Part shown: positions 63,108-64,000 of the stretch, piece by piece
How the letters are laid out: each line of letters starts with the position of its first letter
How positions within the stretch are numbered: position 1 is the first letter of the stretch
Assembly: GCA_024704765.1 (NCBI GenBank)
Contig: JAKMXF010000341.1
Location: 1-64,000, forward strand
DNA length: 64,000 bases
Direction: 5' to 3'
Origin: Oopsacas minuta
Taxonomy: Eukaryota; Animalia; Porifera
Position numbers and translations under genes: made by a program
The notes under the pieces: generated by a model
Told to the model about the DNA's origin: nothing
The model's input: only the letters and a program-made list of their open reading frames with translations
Database searches by the model: none

Positions 63108-64000
63108 ATGACTAACCTAGACCTTTCCGCTGTGTTCGGGTTAGATCAGCTGGATTTACAGCAAGATAAAGCCCGTGCAGATGAAGAGAAAGCTAGAGAG
63201 GTAGAATTGAAAGAATTTCTAGCCAGAGAACTGCCAGAAGATCTCCTGGATGATTTCTCTGAATCCTCCTCAGAAGCATCAGAAATAAAAGAGGACTCTA
63301 CCTCCCAAGATGTGGGTGTTCCCACACAGAATTTTAAGGTGGAGGGTATCACCAGGAGTGCTCCTCCTAGACAGCAACCCGATTCACAAGCATGTTTGTT
63401 AGATGAACAGTTCTTCCATTCTAACCAGGTGCTAGTAGCTTCTACGCCCTCTGGAGCTAAAGAAGGATGGGCACCAGAGCAACCCTTATCTCCCCTAACA
63501 GTCTCTAAGGAAACCTCTCCTGTACAGAAGCAATTAATATCTATCTCACCACTTCAGGGTGGTGGAGAGGACGAGGAGTTGCTGGGTCTTAGAATCCTTA
63601 ATGAAGCTCGTTGTAATGAGATCAGGACATTACAGGAGCAGATACAACACATGAATACAGAGTACAGACAACAGGTATGTCAGCTTTCTGAACAGCTGAC
63701 AGAGCAGAGAGAGATTGTCTCCCAGGCTAACTTAAAACTTGAGGAGGTACAGCGTGACACACGCCAGTCACACTCCCACTTGTCCCAGCTGGAACAGAAA
63801 CTCATAGAGACAGAGAGGAATAGAGAATCTCTTAGAGATGAGAATATAAAAATGAGTAATGAGTTACATTCCGCACTGCTACATCTTGACAACTGTAAGT
63901 CTCAGCTGGAGACCCTCTGTCGAACTGACGTCATAGACCGTCTCAGAGAGCAACACATACATCTGATACAAGAGAGCGATAGTGATCATATGCTGGAGCT
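63108..64000 (+). CDS. CEP152: Centrosomal protein CEP152/Asterless, 5' part (runs off the window)
   Basis: Open frame from ATG 63108 to the window end; absent from the ORF track because it has no stop. MTNLDL...DEEKAREVELKEFLARELPEDLLDDFS matches the acidic PLK4-binding N-terminus of CEP152 ([25 protein letters not shown]). Coiled coil follows (LRILNEAR..EI..LQEQI; LETLCRTDVIDRLREQH). Confidence 0.75.
   Translation, partial: MTNLDLSAVFGLDQLDLQQDKARADEEKAREVELKEFLARELPEDLLDDFSESSSEASEIKEDSTSQDVGVPTQNFKVEGITRSAPPRQQPDSQACLLDEQFFHSNQVLVASTPSGAKEGWAPEQPLSPLTVSKETSPVQKQLISISPLQGGGEDEELLGLRILNEARCNEIRTLQEQIQHMNTEYRQQVCQLSEQLTEQREIVSQANLKLEEVQRDTRQSHSHLSQLEQKLIETERNRESLRDENIKMSNELHSALLHLDNCKSQLETLCRTDVIDRLREQHIHLIQESDSDHMLE

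Overview
AT-rich eukaryotic (animal) genomic DNA with GT-AG introns and dense DNA-transposon debris. No rRNA, tRNA, CRISPR array or prokaryotic features were recognised. The compact genes and base composition suggest an early-branching animal such as a glass sponge; this is inference only. Left third: two intron-rich genes that the ORF track misses and that I assembled by hand from phase-compatible exons. One is a divergent ETS/IRF-like winged-helix transcription factor with a Pro/Gln-rich tail (1293-11450, incomplete). The other is a DBB/IPT-ankyrin-PDZ scaffold (16673-19089, incomplete). Next come a TTAA-flanked Kolobok-type element carrying an orphan ORF, and a collapsed ABCC4-like pseudogene hit by two hAT insertions. 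Middle and right: VPS15/PIK3R4 (9 exons, with a PHD-bearing transposase relic in intron 3), PTCD3, XPC, an SLC46-family transporter, CEP76, RPS27, a divergent Maf-like bZIP, RPA43/POLR1F and the 5' part of CEP152. Mobile DNA includes hAT elements with 8-bp TSDs, TA-flanked Tc1/mariner-type MITEs, long foldback elements and non-autonomous Helitrons. All protein assignments come from motif recognition by eye, not from database searches.
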